The notes below the pieces were generated by a model. The model searched no databases. It had not been told where the DNA came from and was given only the letters and a program-made list of their open reading frames with translations. The translations under genes were made by a program, and so were the position numbers. DNA of 64,000 nucleotides from a virus, in IMG/VR virus record IMGVR_UViG_3300042894_004766, positions 35,792 through 99,791 of that record; one strand, 5' to 3'. This document shows positions 18,380-28,807 of this stretch, one piece after another; position 1 is the stretch's first letter, and every line of letters begins with the position of its first letter.

Positions 18380-21106
18380 ATGAGATATTTAAACAAAAGA
18401 GAAGATTTCTTAAAGAAGAAACAACATATACAAGGAGTTCCATATGAAACATTATTAGAGGTGGCCTCAAATGCTGGTCCATTTGCAAATGATGTAGGTT
18501 GGAATGACTCTTTATTAGGTCGTTTAATAAATCATGTTATTAGAAAAGCAAGAATTGCTGCAAAGGTTCCAAGAATAAAAAGTTTAATTAGTCAATTAAA
18601 AGATGAGTTTGAACAAATTGTAGGACAAGCTAAAATTTATAGTTTATCCTCAGAGGATCAACAATTAGTAATTCAAATAGAACTAGATGTATTCTTTAAA
18701 GAATTAATATATGCGGTTGAAAATAATTTCAAAGTTGGTATTCTAAAAGGATTGACTGATGGTTGTATTAAAAGAGTTACTGATATGGCAGAGTTTGATA
18801 AAAAAGCAGTTCTTTTAGAAGAATTGAAGAAATTTAGAGAGTTTTTAGATCAATTTAAAGATGATCAGGGTTCAAATGATGACGAAGAGGATAAAGAGGA
18901 TGATAAAGATTCTACTGATAAATCTACTGATAAATCTACTGATACTGGTGCCGCTGGTACTGGATATGTTACGATGGTTAAAAATTTAAAAGCACTTGCT
19001 TTAATTTTGGCTAACTATACAAAGGTCAATACTAAAGTATCAACCTCTACAAAAACTGGTAAACCAATAAGTACATATATTACTGTTGCGGGAGATACTT
19101 TGGTTAAGATCCAAAATAACCCTAAAATAAACCCTAATAAATTAGATACGGTTACAATTAGAAGTAAAAATCCTGGCAAATTAGATAAGTATAAACAGGA
19201 TAATATTACTATGGCTGCAGGTATTACACTTGTTATGGAGGCAACTGTAGATACAATTGGAACAGGTGGGTCTGCAAACAGAGGAACTGTAGTTGCAGGT
19301 GAAGATCATTTAACTCAAGCATTCAATAAATTGAAAAAAGATATTGAAGTTTTAATTTCTACAAAAGAAAAGGGAATTGGTGTTGATTATAAATTTATCA
19401 ATGATATTGCTACAAATTCAAATAATACTAGTAATAAAGAACTTATAAAAAATCTTTATAATGAGATAAATAGATATTTGGTTGGTGATAAAAAAGCAAC
19501 AATACAAGAAAAGGATAAACTTTATACTGAGGGTATTGAAGTATTAAATGATAAGAATAAAATTGTAGTTGTTGCTGAGAAAATTGCAAGATTTTCTAAA
19601 AGAGCTCTTCAATTTGAGAAAGAGAATTTATATGGTGGTTTAGGTGATCTAAAAGTTCCATTACAAACGTTTGTAACAACATTGAGAGAAATAAATAAAT
19701 TACCTATAGTTACTGCTAAAAAAGAGTCTTTATTTGATTACTATTCATTCTTAGAAGCTAAAAATATTTTAGATAATCAAGGTGGTGGACAAGCAGCACC
19801 AAGTGGTGATGATAATAAACCTACAACTACTGGAACTGCATCACAGACACAAGGAAAGGATGATAATAAAGATAACGTTGATGACGTTTCTGCAAAAATA
19901 TTAGAGTTTTTTAATAAGACTTGTATTGAAGTAAGAGCTTATACTGTTTCTGATGAAGAAAGAAAGTCTATACAAACTAAAATAGATCAAGTAAAAACAG
20001 AAGATGGTAAAAAAATAGAGATGACAATAGATCCAATTATTGCAATTATGAATTTATTCATTAAAGCGTATAAGATTTATACTGTTAAAACTATTACTAA
20101 GAGAACAGAGGCCGTTGATACAAATACATTATCTGAATATACATCATTTGGTCAATCAGGTGAAGATGGTGGTAAAACAGGTCCTTATAGAAATAACAAA
20201 TTATTTGATATGTGGGAAGAAGCGGTAAATAATATAAGAAAAGACCGTAAGTACCAAGCAATCTTTACTGATAATGCAAATTTAAGATTACCGAAAGTAA
20301 CAGATCCAGATCCTGCTAACCCAGAAGATTGGACTATTAAGCCTAAAGCAGGTGCGTCATTTAGAAAATTTATCAATGATGTTTTAGATGGTGATACATT
20401 ATATAAAAACGCTTCTACAACAGGTGCGGTTGCTACATTTATTGAGAAATATTTTGGTGATGGTACTGTTAGTGAAGGTAAAGCTGGAACTGATATTGAT
20501 TCTGCGGCGTTAGTAGAATGTGGTGAAAATGCTACAGCTATTGCAGCAAATTCAGTTAAATTAGAATTAAAAAAACAAAGTACCATTACACCGGATAAAA
20601 ATATATTCTTTACGATAGAGGGTATGAGACCTAAAGATGCTTCAAAACCTGATGTTTTTGATGAATCAGTACAAAGAACATTCTTTATAGATCAAATTAC
20701 TGCTAGCGAAGTTTGGCTTATTGGTACAACATATTTGAAAAGATTTAATCCTTATTTAGATTCTTTGGAACCAAAACATGAAATTAGTCAAGGTGATTTT
20801 TCAAAAAACTTAACTAATGATACAAGAGGTGAACTTTATTACACTAAAATAACTGTTGAAGATTTTAAGAAATTAAAATCTAATCAGAAGTTAAGTATGA
20901 CTACACAAGATACAAAGGGCGCTTTATCTGAAGTGAATAATATACAGATAACAAATGTTTATACACTTAATAAAGTAGATGATGGTGAACTATATAAACT
21001 ATCTGATGAACAAAGAACTAAGTTTAATGGAATTCTTAATAAAGCAGGAATAAAAAGTGATATAAAGGCAGCCATTGTAACGGGTGCTAAAATAAACACA
21101 ATATAA
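18380..21106 (+). CDS. Large CTS-tagged virion-associated protein, possible LysM-like segment
   Basis: Starts MRYLNKREDFL. YITVAGDTLVKI is LysM-like. Acidic linkers. Late-type promoter. Confidence 0.7.
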   Translation: MRYLNKREDFLKKKQHIQGVPYETLLEVASNAGPFANDVGWNDSLLGRLINHVIRKARIAAKVPRIKSLISQLKDEFEQIVGQAKIYSLSSEDQQLVIQIELDVFFKELIYAVENNFKVGILKGLTDGCIKRVTDMAEFDKKAVLLEELKKFREFLDQFKDDQGSNDDEEDKEDDKDSTDKSTDKSTDTGAAGTGYVTMVKNLKALALILANYTKVNTKVSTSTKTGKPISTYITVAGDTLVKIQNNPKINPNKLDTVTIRSKNPGKLDKYKQDNITMAAGITLVMEATVDTIGTGGSANRGTVVAGEDHLTQAFNKLKKDIEVLISTKEKGIGVDYKFINDIATNSNNTSNKELIKNLYNEINRYLVGDKKATIQEKDKLYTEGIEVLNDKNKIVVVAEKIARFSKRALQFEKENLYGGLGDLKVPLQTFVTTLREINKLPIVTAKKESLFDYYSFLEAKNILDNQGGGQAAPSGDDNKPTTTGTASQTQGKDDNKDNVDDVSAKILEFFNKTCIEVRAYTVSDEERKSIQTKIDQVKTEDGKKIEMTIDPIIAIMNLFIKAYKIYTVKTITKRTEAVDTNTLSEYTSFGQSGEDGGKTGPYRNNKLFDMWEEAVNNIRKDRKYQAIFTDNANLRLPKVTDPDPANPEDWTIKPKAGASFRKFINDVLDGDTLYKNASTTGAVATFIEKYFGDGTVSEGKAGTDIDSAALVECGENATAIAANSVKLELKKQSTITPDKNIFFTIEGMRPKDASKPDVFDESVQRTFFIDQITASEVWLIGTTYLKRFNPYLDSLEPKHEISQGDFSKNLTNDTRGELYYTKITVEDFKKLKSNQKLSMTTQDTKGALSEVNNIQITNVYTLNKVDDGELYKLSDEQRTKFNGILNKAGIKSDIKAAIVTGAKINTI

Positions 21107-21687
21107 TGAAACATTTAAAAAAATATGTTATGTTTTTAGAAGAAGCCGAATTTGATGTTCAGGCTACAGATACTCCTGATGTTAAGATAGCAAAGGATGG
21201 TATGAATACTATGAAACTTAATTTAGATGAGTATAAGACAAAGAAATCTTTAATTGATAAGTTATACTTAGAAGTAAAAGATCCTACTCAAATTGAGACT
21301 AAATTAAAGGAAATACTAGGTGGTACTGATATACAGAATGGTAAAGATAGAAATCCTTTTTTGGTAGAATATGCACATTTGGCAAAGTTAAAAGCAGATG
21401 TAGAATCAATGAAACAACAAAATGTATATGATAAAGCATTCATTGATGATTTTAATCAAGAGTTAAAAGATTTAGATGCTAATAAGAGTAATGATCCCGC
21501 ACAAAAATTAGTCATTGCTAAAAAAATCGCGGATGTAAATAAAAGAATTACGGATAGAACTCCGAAATTGACACAGGTTCAAAATGATTTTAATAAAAGT
21601 TTTGCAGAACATACTACTAAAATCAACAAGATGGGTTCAGATATGACCGAATATATCAAAAAAATATCTAATGTTAATCAAAAATAG
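21106..21687 (+). CDS. CTS-tagged coiled-coil protein
   Basis: Starts MKHLKKYVMFLEE and overlaps the upstream stop. Confidence 0.75.
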   Translation: MKHLKKYVMFLEEAEFDVQATDTPDVKIAKDGMNTMKLNLDEYKTKKSLIDKLYLEVKDPTQIETKLKEILGGTDIQNGKDRNPFLVEYAHLAKLKADVESMKQQNVYDKAFIDDFNQELKDLDANKSNDPAQKLVIAKKIADVNKRITDRTPKLTQVQNDFNKSFAEHTTKINKMGSDMTEYIKKISNVNQK

Positions 21688-21694
21688 AGAAAAT

Positions 21695-21718
21695 ATGATT
21701 TTTTTCTTTTAATATATA
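21695..21718 (+). promoter_or_regulatory. Late promoter (ATG-N13-AATATATA) of the tail sheath gene
   Basis: ATGATTTTTTTCTTTTAATATATA. Confidence 0.75.
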
Positions 21719-21747
21719 CATTAAACTAAAAAATTAAAATAAAAAAT

Positions 21748-24700
21748 ATGGCAATTCAAATTGGAAAATACAAAAGACCTGGTATCTTCATCGAAGAAAT
21801 TGACAAGTCTGTATTCAGTACAGCTACTGTAGAAGGAATAACTAACCTTGTAATGGGAGTTTCTAAAAAAGGACCTGTTAACACACCGATTAGACTAACA
21901 ACTGTAAATGACTTAGAAACAGTTTTTGGTCAGTTGGATAGAAACTTGGAAAGAAAAGGTTCATTTTTTCACAGAACTGTTTCTAAAATGTTAGAAACAA
22001 GTCCTGTTTTCGCAATGAACTTATTGATAACTGATGATACATTAGATATTATTGAATATAAATCTTTGTCTTCTTCTGCGTTAAAAACTAATGATATTAA
22101 GAGAGAAGGACCTTATAGAAGATTCTTTGATACAACTGGTTTCTGGAAGAAAGATACTGAATCATTTATCAATCTAACAAAAAATAATAGTGGATACTCT
22201 GATAGAGCATTTAGCTTTACTAACTTATCTGATAGATATATTACAGTTTTTGTAGTAAAAACTGCTGTATCTGGATTTGATAGAACTTTATTAGAGTGGT
22301 ATGGTTCTATTGAAAAAATGCCTGCTTATGTAAGCACAGTAGATTACGCATCTGACTATATGGTTGATGTTGTAGTTGTAGGTGGTGATTGGTCTAACTA
22401 CAGAGAGTTAGCAGTTGATAACAGATGGGGTCAATATTTTAATGCAGATGGTTTAATTAAAGGTCAATTAAGAAATTTTGCTAATGATAGAAATATGACT
22501 TTATTAGCTTATTATGAAGGTTTGTCATTGATTCCATATTTTAGAGATTTAGATGGTAAAAATATATTTATCGAAACAACAATAAATAGAGATACTGATT
22601 CAACAGGTTTATACTGTGCATTTAATGCAGATTTAGTAGAACAAGACTTCTATACTGGTTTAGTTGACCTTATAGGTGGTACTTTAGTTGGTTCTGAGAA
22701 AAAAACTATTGATTTCTTATCTTACAAAGAAACTATTGTAGAGTCAGTAGAATTTTCACAAGTTCCATTGGATTTACCTGGGAATGTTGTTGCTTTATTT
22801 GGTACTTATTCATATAGTGAAGGTCAATTGGGTCACGCTTATGGTGATCCTGCTCTATCTGGTGTAGTTACTTCAGGTAGATATAGAAGTGCTTGGTTTA
22901 CAGAAGGTGCTGTATTACACGTTAGCGTTTTAGAAGGTGGTCAACCTGGTTCTGGATATACTTATGCTGGCTCTGGTACATCATCAACAATAAATGTTAA
23001 ATATTTTGCGGATAATTCACAATATGAACCATTTTGTGTTATAGGTGGACAATATGTTCCAGTTGTAGGTGGTACTGTATCAACTACATTGAGATCATCA
23101 AACTATCCTTATAGTAATGCAACTGCAAGTTATACAACTGCATTTACTCTTAACTCAAGTGGAGTTATTTCAAGTGTTAGTAGTTATTCTGCTGGTAATC
23201 CTCCATCAGTTGGAGCAAGTGATATAGTTCTAGGTTTCTTAACAGTTGATGTTTATCAACAAGAATTTATTGAATCATCAATAAATTTTGAAGCGGTTAC
23301 ATTAAGTACATCGGGTGGTATATTTGATTATGTTACTCCTGGTTATGTTGAGGGTATTTATGTTACTGACGGTGTTTATAATGACTTTGGATATGGTACA
23401 AGTTCACAACATGACTATTATGTTTATGATTTAAGTAATACTCCTGGTTATGCACAAGGTGATGTTCAAGTGGTTTTCTGGGGAACAAATGCTGCGGCAA
23501 CCTCTAAAAACTATAACCAATATAGAAAAATAAAAATGTTTAATACAATTTTATCTTTCATCAATAGTTCTTATAAAGATAGAGCTACTATGATTATTAG
23601 TGAAGATGTAGAAGGTAATAGAACTAAGAAAAGTTTAGCGGGTATGACTGTAACAAATATCGTTACATCAACATCTCAAAACAAATCTTTTGTACTTAAA
23701 ACTGGATTATCTGATGTATCTTACCTAGTTGCAGGTAGATTGATTTTCTATAAAGAAGACAATGAGTTTATACTTGGTACTGATGGTTTACGTACTCATG
23801 ATATTGCTGCTACACCAGCACAAGGTATTGTTGCTAAATATTCTACATTCTATGAGAGATATTTTAATGGTTTAATCAATACTCGTGACTACTTCTATGA
23901 TAATAGACTACTTTGTGGTTCTGATGGAATTGTTAATGATCTTATTGATAATGATGGTAATGTTTTAAAAGTAAATGTTACTTTTGTAAATGGTGAAGCT
24001 TCTCCAAGTCCAACAAATATTGCCCCAACATCCGGAGTTACTGGAGATTATGCTGGATATAATTATATTGTTTTCGAAGTAGATGGAATTACCGGTGCTC
24101 AAGCAGAAGATACTTTAGAATTAGGTTTATTGGAAGAAATTTCATTCCCTCAGTCTGAGAGTAATACTGGTGTATTTACAATAACTCAAAACACTGTTAA
24201 TCCACAATATAGTGCAGTTCAATTAGCAACTGCATTAGGATTTACTGCAAGTAATAATTTCATTGCTTATCCTGTATCTGAGAATGTTACATTTGAACAA
24301 GTATTGGATGTTACTATGGTTTATAATAATTTAGATAAACATTATTTAAAAATGCTTCTTAATTTAGATGGTACTTTAGAAGTAGACTTTACAGAAAAAT
24401 CTTTAGAATCAATAGAAAATATTGATATACGAACTAACTTTACGTTTAATGTACAGTCAGAATTAAGTAACTTAAAACAAACTATTGAAATTGAAACTCC
24501 ATCTGGATATGTTGAAGTTCCTAATAAAATTTTAGTAAATGGTTCAAGATATACTGAATTAAAAGTTGGTGATTTCTTATTGGCAGATAATGATAATGTT
24601 GAATTAGCAGTTGGTCAATCACCAAGAAATCTTACAAGAGTTTTAAGTAAAAGACAATATGCTGGTAATACTAGTTTATCTGAAATTACTTGTGATGCAA

Positions 24701-25836
24701 AAATATTAAGAACACCATATACTAATGATGTTGGTGGTCAAGATTATCAAACAACAAGATATTCAAGTGTTGATCAATATACAACAACTTATAAAGGTAT
24801 TTCAATGAAAGGATTTAGAATGAGACAAGCTTCTTTACCAGATGGTACAGAAAACAGACAAAATCAAGTTTTAAACTTAGTCGCTAAAGGAACTCCATTA
24901 TTCAAAGCTTTAATCAATAAAGAAGCATTTGACTTTAGATATTTAATAGATTCATTTGGATTAGGTTTAACTGAAAGATCAAAACAACAATTAGTAGATA
25001 TTTGTGGTGAAAGATTAAATGTATTTGGTTTCATAAATATGCCATCATTAAAATCATTCAAAAACTCTTCATCTCCTAGTTTCGTAAACAATGAAGGTAC
25101 TTTACAAGTTGAGTATATTGCTAAAGGTGGTGACCCAGAAAGTAATCCTGCATTCCTTTACTCATTCGGTGATGGAAATGGTGTTTCTACAGTTGGTTAT
25201 TTCACACCTTACGTAACGGTAAATGATAATGGTAGACCATTAGATTTCCCGCCTGCGTCTTATGTGGCAACTACTTTTATGAGAAAACACATTTCTAACG
25301 TAAGTTCAGTTACTCCTTGGACAATTGCAGCTGGTGTTACAAATGGTAGAATTACTAATATTGCTGGTGTTGAACACGAATTTGATCCGACAGATATTGA
25401 ATTCTTAAATCAAGCACAAATGAATCCAATTGTATTCAAAAGAAATAGAGGATTTGTTATTGAGACAGAAAACACTGCTTTAACACTTTATAAATCAGCA
25501 TTATCTTTAATCCACGTGAGAGAAGTTCTAGTTGAGTTAGAAAGAGAGCTTTCTGCAATGTTACTTGATTACCAATGGAAATTCAACACTCCTGATGTTA
25601 GAGCTGAAATTAAATTAAGAGCTGATGTTATTTGTGAAACTTATGTAAACAGAAATGGTTTATTTAACTACTTCAACAAAATGGATGATGAGAATAATAC
25701 ATCTGATATTATTGATAGTCAAATTGGAGTTCTTGATACTTATGTAGAGCCAATTAAAGGTATGGGTATCATTGTAAATAATGTTACAATTTTAAGAACT
25801 GGTGCTATTGCTGCTGGAGGATTCCAAAACGCATAA
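21748..25836 (+). CDS. gp18: Contractile tail sheath protein (gp18-like) with large insertions
   Basis: PGIFIEEIDKS, GVSKKGPVNTP at the N-terminus. PPASYVA, AGVTNG, MNPIV, IHVREVL, FNTPDVR, VEPIKG at the C-terminus. Confidence 0.95.
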   Translation: MAIQIGKYKRPGIFIEEIDKSVFSTATVEGITNLVMGVSKKGPVNTPIRLTTVNDLETVFGQLDRNLERKGSFFHRTVSKMLETSPVFAMNLLITDDTLDIIEYKSLSSSALKTNDIKREGPYRRFFDTTGFWKKDTESFINLTKNNSGYSDRAFSFTNLSDRYITVFVVKTAVSGFDRTLLEWYGSIEKMPAYVSTVDYASDYMVDVVVVGGDWSNYRELAVDNRWGQYFNADGLIKGQLRNFANDRNMTLLAYYEGLSLIPYFRDLDGKNIFIETTINRDTDSTGLYCAFNADLVEQDFYTGLVDLIGGTLVGSEKKTIDFLSYKETIVESVEFSQVPLDLPGNVVALFGTYSYSEGQLGHAYGDPALSGVVTSGRYRSAWFTEGAVLHVSVLEGGQPGSGYTYAGSGTSSTINVKYFADNSQYEPFCVIGGQYVPVVGGTVSTTLRSSNYPYSNATASYTTAFTLNSSGVISSVSSYSAGNPPSVGASDIVLGFLTVDVYQQEFIESSINFEAVTLSTSGGIFDYVTPGYVEGIYVTDGVYNDFGYGTSSQHDYYVYDLSNTPGYAQGDVQVVFWGTNAAATSKNYNQYRKIKMFNTILSFINSSYKDRATMIISEDVEGNRTKKSLAGMTVTNIVTSTSQNKSFVLKTGLSDVSYLVAGRLIFYKEDNEFILGTDGLRTHDIAATPAQGIVAKYSTFYERYFNGLINTRDYFYDNRLLCGSDGIVNDLIDNDGNVLKVNVTFVNGEASPSPTNIAPTSGVTGDYAGYNYIVFEVDGITGAQAEDTLELGLLEEISFPQSESNTGVFTITQNTVNPQYSAVQLATALGFTASNNFIAYPVSENVTFEQVLDVTMVYNNLDKHYLKMLLNLDGTLEVDFTEKSLESIENIDIRTNFTFNVQSELSNLKQTIEIETPSGYVEVPNKILVNGSRYTELKVGDFLLADNDNVELAVGQSPRNLTRVLSKRQYAGNTSLSEITCDAKILRTPYTNDVGGQDYQTTRYSSVDQYTTTYKGISMKGFRMRQASLPDGTENRQNQVLNLVAKGTPLFKALINKEAFDFRYLIDSFGLGLTERSKQQLVDICGERLNVFGFINMPSLKSFKNSSSPSFVNNEGTLQVEYIAKGGDPESNPAFLYSFGDGNGVSTVGYFTPYVTVNDNGRPLDFPPASYVATTFMRKHISNVSSVTPWTIAAGVTNGRITNIAGVEHEFDPTDIEFLNQAQMNPIVFKRNRGFVIETENTALTLYKSALSLIHVREVLVELERELSAMLLDYQWKFNTPDVRAEIKLRADVICETYVNRNGLFNYFNKMDDENNTSDIIDSQIGVLDTYVEPIKGMGIIVNNVTILRTGAIAAGGFQNA

Positions 25837-25853
25837 TCACTTAAATAAATATT

Positions 25854-25883
25854 AAAACCCTTAGAGAAATCTAAGGGTTTTTT
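25854..25883 (+). terminator. Intrinsic terminator after the sheath gene
   Basis: AAACCCTTAGA-GAAA-TCTAAGGGTTTTTT. Confidence 0.85.
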
Positions 25884-25964
25884 ATTTTAAACCAATTAGT
25901 TATTATTTAATATAATAGAGACATTGATTGTATCAATATATAAATAAAAAATAATAATTAAATT

Positions 25965-26909
25965 ATGTCAGATAATAAAAAGGATATGAGTGAAGAAGAT
26001 TACTTAAAAAGACATTTAGGTGATATAGACACTACTAAAAAAAATACACCAAGTTCATTTGATGATACTATCACTGAACCAGTACTTGAAAGTACAAGAA
26101 CTAGTGATCTACAATATTTTAGCTTTGATGTTAGAGACTTTCCTTGTGGAAAATTCTATCCAATCGGAACTATGTTTATGGTTAGACCGGCACAAGTTAG
26201 AGAAATTCAAGCTTACTCAATGGTAGATGATAATAACTTCTATGATGTGGTTGAAAAAATGAATGATATGTTACAATCGTGTGTTCGTATTAAATATACC
26301 GATGGTAGAGTAGGTTCTTTTTTAGAAGTGAAAGACCAAGATAGAATTTATTTAATTTTCTTAATTAGAGAACTAACATTTCAACAAGGTAATTCATTGA
26401 CCGTAAATGCAAAATGTACTTGTGGTGAAGAAATAGCAATAGAATTAAAAAGAGATAACTTTAGATTTCATAAAATTGATGAAAAGTTAGATAAATTTTA
26501 TTCACCTGCATCAAGTTCATTCTCATTTAAAACAATAAATGGTGGTCAGTTTGAAATAACTCCTCCAAATATTGGATTACAAAAAGCTTTCACTGATTAT
26601 ATCATTAAAGAAAATAATGAGAAAAATACTCCTAATTTATCTTTCTTGAAAATTATTCCATTTATGTTAAATGGTAGATCAAGTATTACTTATGATGGAA
26701 TTAAAGCAAAATTAAAAGAATTTCAAGAAATGGATGATATTTCATTTCAATTTTTAAATGCTGCTATAGGTAAAATGACCTTTGGTATAGAAAAATTAGG
26801 TAAGGTTTGTAGTTGTGGTGAGGAGGTTACCACAGAAATGCAGTTTCCCAACGGAACGTCAGGTATTTTCGTTATTCATGATGCCTTTGAAGCATATATT
26901 AAAGAATAA
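25965..26909 (+). CDS. Baseplate hub assembly protein (gp26-like)
   Basis: VRP, DRIYLIFLIRELTF, two Cys pairs (CTCG, CSCG). Lies next to the sheath and tube genes. Confidence 0.7.
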   Translation: MSDNKKDMSEEDYLKRHLGDIDTTKKNTPSSFDDTITEPVLESTRTSDLQYFSFDVRDFPCGKFYPIGTMFMVRPAQVREIQAYSMVDDNNFYDVVEKMNDMLQSCVRIKYTDGRVGSFLEVKDQDRIYLIFLIRELTFQQGNSLTVNAKCTCGEEIAIELKRDNFRFHKIDEKLDKFYSPASSSFSFKTINGGQFEITPPNIGLQKAFTDYIIKENNEKNTPNLSFLKIIPFMLNGRSSITYDGIKAKLKEFQEMDDISFQFLNAAIGKMTFGIEKLGKVCSCGEEVTTEMQFPNGTSGIFVIHDAFEAYIKE

Positions 26910-27132
26910 ATTATTACTTCAAAAACATTTCCATACTCAGGAAGCTGCAATGGATGAATGGCCTTTTTGGATGCTTGAAGAAAACATTAAGTTAGTTAAT
27001 GAAATTCTTGAAGAAGAAGACAAGAATCAGAAAAAAGAGGAAGAGGGTCAAAGATCTTCAATGCCAGACACTGGATCGATGATGAAAAGTGCTCAAAGTA
27101 TGACAGGAAATATGCAAATGCCTAAATTCTAA
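26878..27132 (+). CDS. Baseplate hub assembly chaperone (gp51-like)
   Basis: LLLQKHFH...MDEWPFW pattern resembles gp51. Overlaps the end of the gp26-like gene. Confidence 0.6.
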   Translation: MMPLKHILKNKLLLQKHFHTQEAAMDEWPFWMLEENIKLVNEILEEEDKNQKKEEEGQRSSMPDTGSMMKSAQSMTGNMQMPKF

Positions 27133-27144
27133 AATAGATAAAAA

Positions 27145-27177
27145 TAAAAAATCCATCAATTTGATGGATTTTTTTTA
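27145..27177. terminator. Bidirectional intrinsic terminator
   Basis: AAAAAATCCATCAA-T-TTGATGGATTTTTT. Confidence 0.8.
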
Positions 27178-27194
27178 TTTAATATAAGATGATC

Positions 27195-27818
27195 TTAGTA
27201 ACCAGAAACCAATGGTGGACTGATTGTAAAGTTGTTATCAATATACTCATCAATGAAGTAATCATATGTGAAAGTACCACTAACGTTATCTATGATATTA
27301 TTTGAAGACCAGTCAAGTGAATATCCACTTAGTTTATATAATTGACAGTTTTGAAATGTAACTCTTCTTAAAACAACTCCTTTTTTATCGTGTTGATTTA
27401 CAATGATAGTACCAATTAAATCACTTTTATAGTGAAGTGCACCATTTTGAGAGTTGAATGCTAAGTCATACCAAGCTTTCATAGTATTCCAATTCTCCAT
27501 AGAACCCTGTTGATTTACATTAACCTGAAAAGGTATAGTAAGCTCACCAGAAGTTTTTGTAGGAGTTGAAAGAAACTCTCTTGTAGAGTATTTGAATCTC
27601 TGTTGTTTAGAGGTTATATCAAATTCAGTTAGGGTAGTAAGGTCTATCTTAGTTGCATTTTGCAATAACAAGATTGGATCTCTACCTTGTGCTTGTAAGA
27701 TAACAGGTAATATAAATGTTATCTCAAATAGGTTTAAATATACTACTTCGTCTGGAAGTGTACCAGGTCCCCCAGGTGAACCAACGCCTTGTAACTGGGT
27801 AAAGTGAGGTAAGGGCAT
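27195..27818 (-). CDS. gp19: Tail tube protein (gp19-like)
   Basis: NLFEITF, MKAWYDL, LDWSS..., FTYDYF. Late promoter at 27845-27854. Confidence 0.85.
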   Translation of the reverse strand: MPLPHFTQLQGVGSPGGPGTLPDEVVYLNLFEITFILPVILQAQGRDPILLLQNATKIDLTTLTEFDITSKQQRFKYSTREFLSTPTKTSGELTIPFQVNVNQQGSMENWNTMKAWYDLAFNSQNGALHYKSDLIGTIIVNQHDKKGVVLRRVTFQNCQLYKLSGYSLDWSSNNIIDNVSGTFTYDYFIDEYIDNNFTISPPLVSGY

Positions 27819-27936
27819 ATGTTTTTTAATTATTTTTTATAAATTATATATTATTATTTTTTTATACATATCTGTCTTTTTATTAAATATGTTAAGAAAT
27901 TTGACATTTCCACTTTTAGTATATAATATATATTAT

Positions 27937-28764
27937 ATGGAATGTAGTTATAGATATTGTAGTAAAGAGATTAATTATGGTAGACCAGATAGAAAATTCT
28001 GTAATAAGAATTGTCGATTAAAGGAGAATGCTATAGTTAGAGAGATTAAATCGTTAAATATAAAGTCTAAAAGAGGTAAAGATTTCATAGTAAGGTCTGA
28101 AGTAAAACATAATTCTAGATATAAATACGATTTAGTGATTTATAAAAATGCCAGGACAAAGGTTCGGATAATATGTCCTGTTCATGGTATATTTGAGCAG
28201 ACACCAGATGCACATCTATATGCTGGTTCTGGTTGTGAGCAATGTGCAAGAGACTCTCACAAACTTACTAACATTACCGAGGAAAGATTAAATAATCTAA
28301 AAAAAATACATAAAGATGCTTATCTTTATAATGACTTAAATGTATATAAGGGATTTATTAATATCTATTGTAAAATTCACGGAACATTTAGTCAATACTT
28401 ATACTATCATGAATATGGCCACGGTTGTTCTTTATGTAATTCGACATCAAGAGGAGAAAATAGTATTAAATTTTATCTTGAAAGTAAAAAAATATTATTT
28501 TTTATGAATCACTCTTTTGAAGATTGTAAAAGAATAAAGAGATTAAAGTTTGACTTTTATTTACCTGATTATAAAATGATTATTGAATATGATGGTGAAC
28601 ATCACTTTATAGAAAATAAATACTTTGGTATTAGAAATTTAGAATATATAACCACAAATGATGAAATTAAAAATAAATATTGTATTGATAATAATATAAG
28701 ATTGATTAGAGTACCTTATTGGGAATATAGTAGAATAAATGAAATATTAGATCAAAACATATAA
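27937..28764 (+). CDS. Free-standing homing-type endonuclease (Zn-ribbon repeats + Vsr/DUF559-like PD-(D/E)xK domain)
   Basis: CPVHG..GCEQC and CKIHG..GCSLC repeats, SRGE, FDFYLP..IIEYDGEHHF, LIRVPYW. Confidence 0.85.
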   Translation: MECSYRYCSKEINYGRPDRKFCNKNCRLKENAIVREIKSLNIKSKRGKDFIVRSEVKHNSRYKYDLVIYKNARTKVRIICPVHGIFEQTPDAHLYAGSGCEQCARDSHKLTNITEERLNNLKKIHKDAYLYNDLNVYKGFINIYCKIHGTFSQYLYYHEYGHGCSLCNSTSRGENSIKFYLESKKILFFMNHSFEDCKRIKRLKFDFYLPDYKMIIEYDGEHHFIENKYFGIRNLEYITTNDEIKNKYCIDNNIRLIRVPYWEYSRINEILDQNI

Positions 28765-28807
28765 CTTTATAGATAAATATCATATAAATAAAAAAGAATT
28801 TTTATTG

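Noticed and set aside
26815-26909. Programmed frameshift joining the gp26-like and gp51-like ORFs
   Set aside because: The overlap exists, but there is no clear slippery heptamer and in-frame ATGs at 26878 and 26881 explain the second ORF.
27901-27927. Perfect TTGACA/TATAAT sigma-70 promoter
   Set aside because: The spacer is only 15 nt and the inferred host does not use this consensus. It may be a variant of the AAAC class.
28783-28790. T4-type late promoter TATAAATA before gp47
   Set aside because: Better explained as the -10 of the AAC-N17-TATAA class. Structural genes here use TAATATATA.
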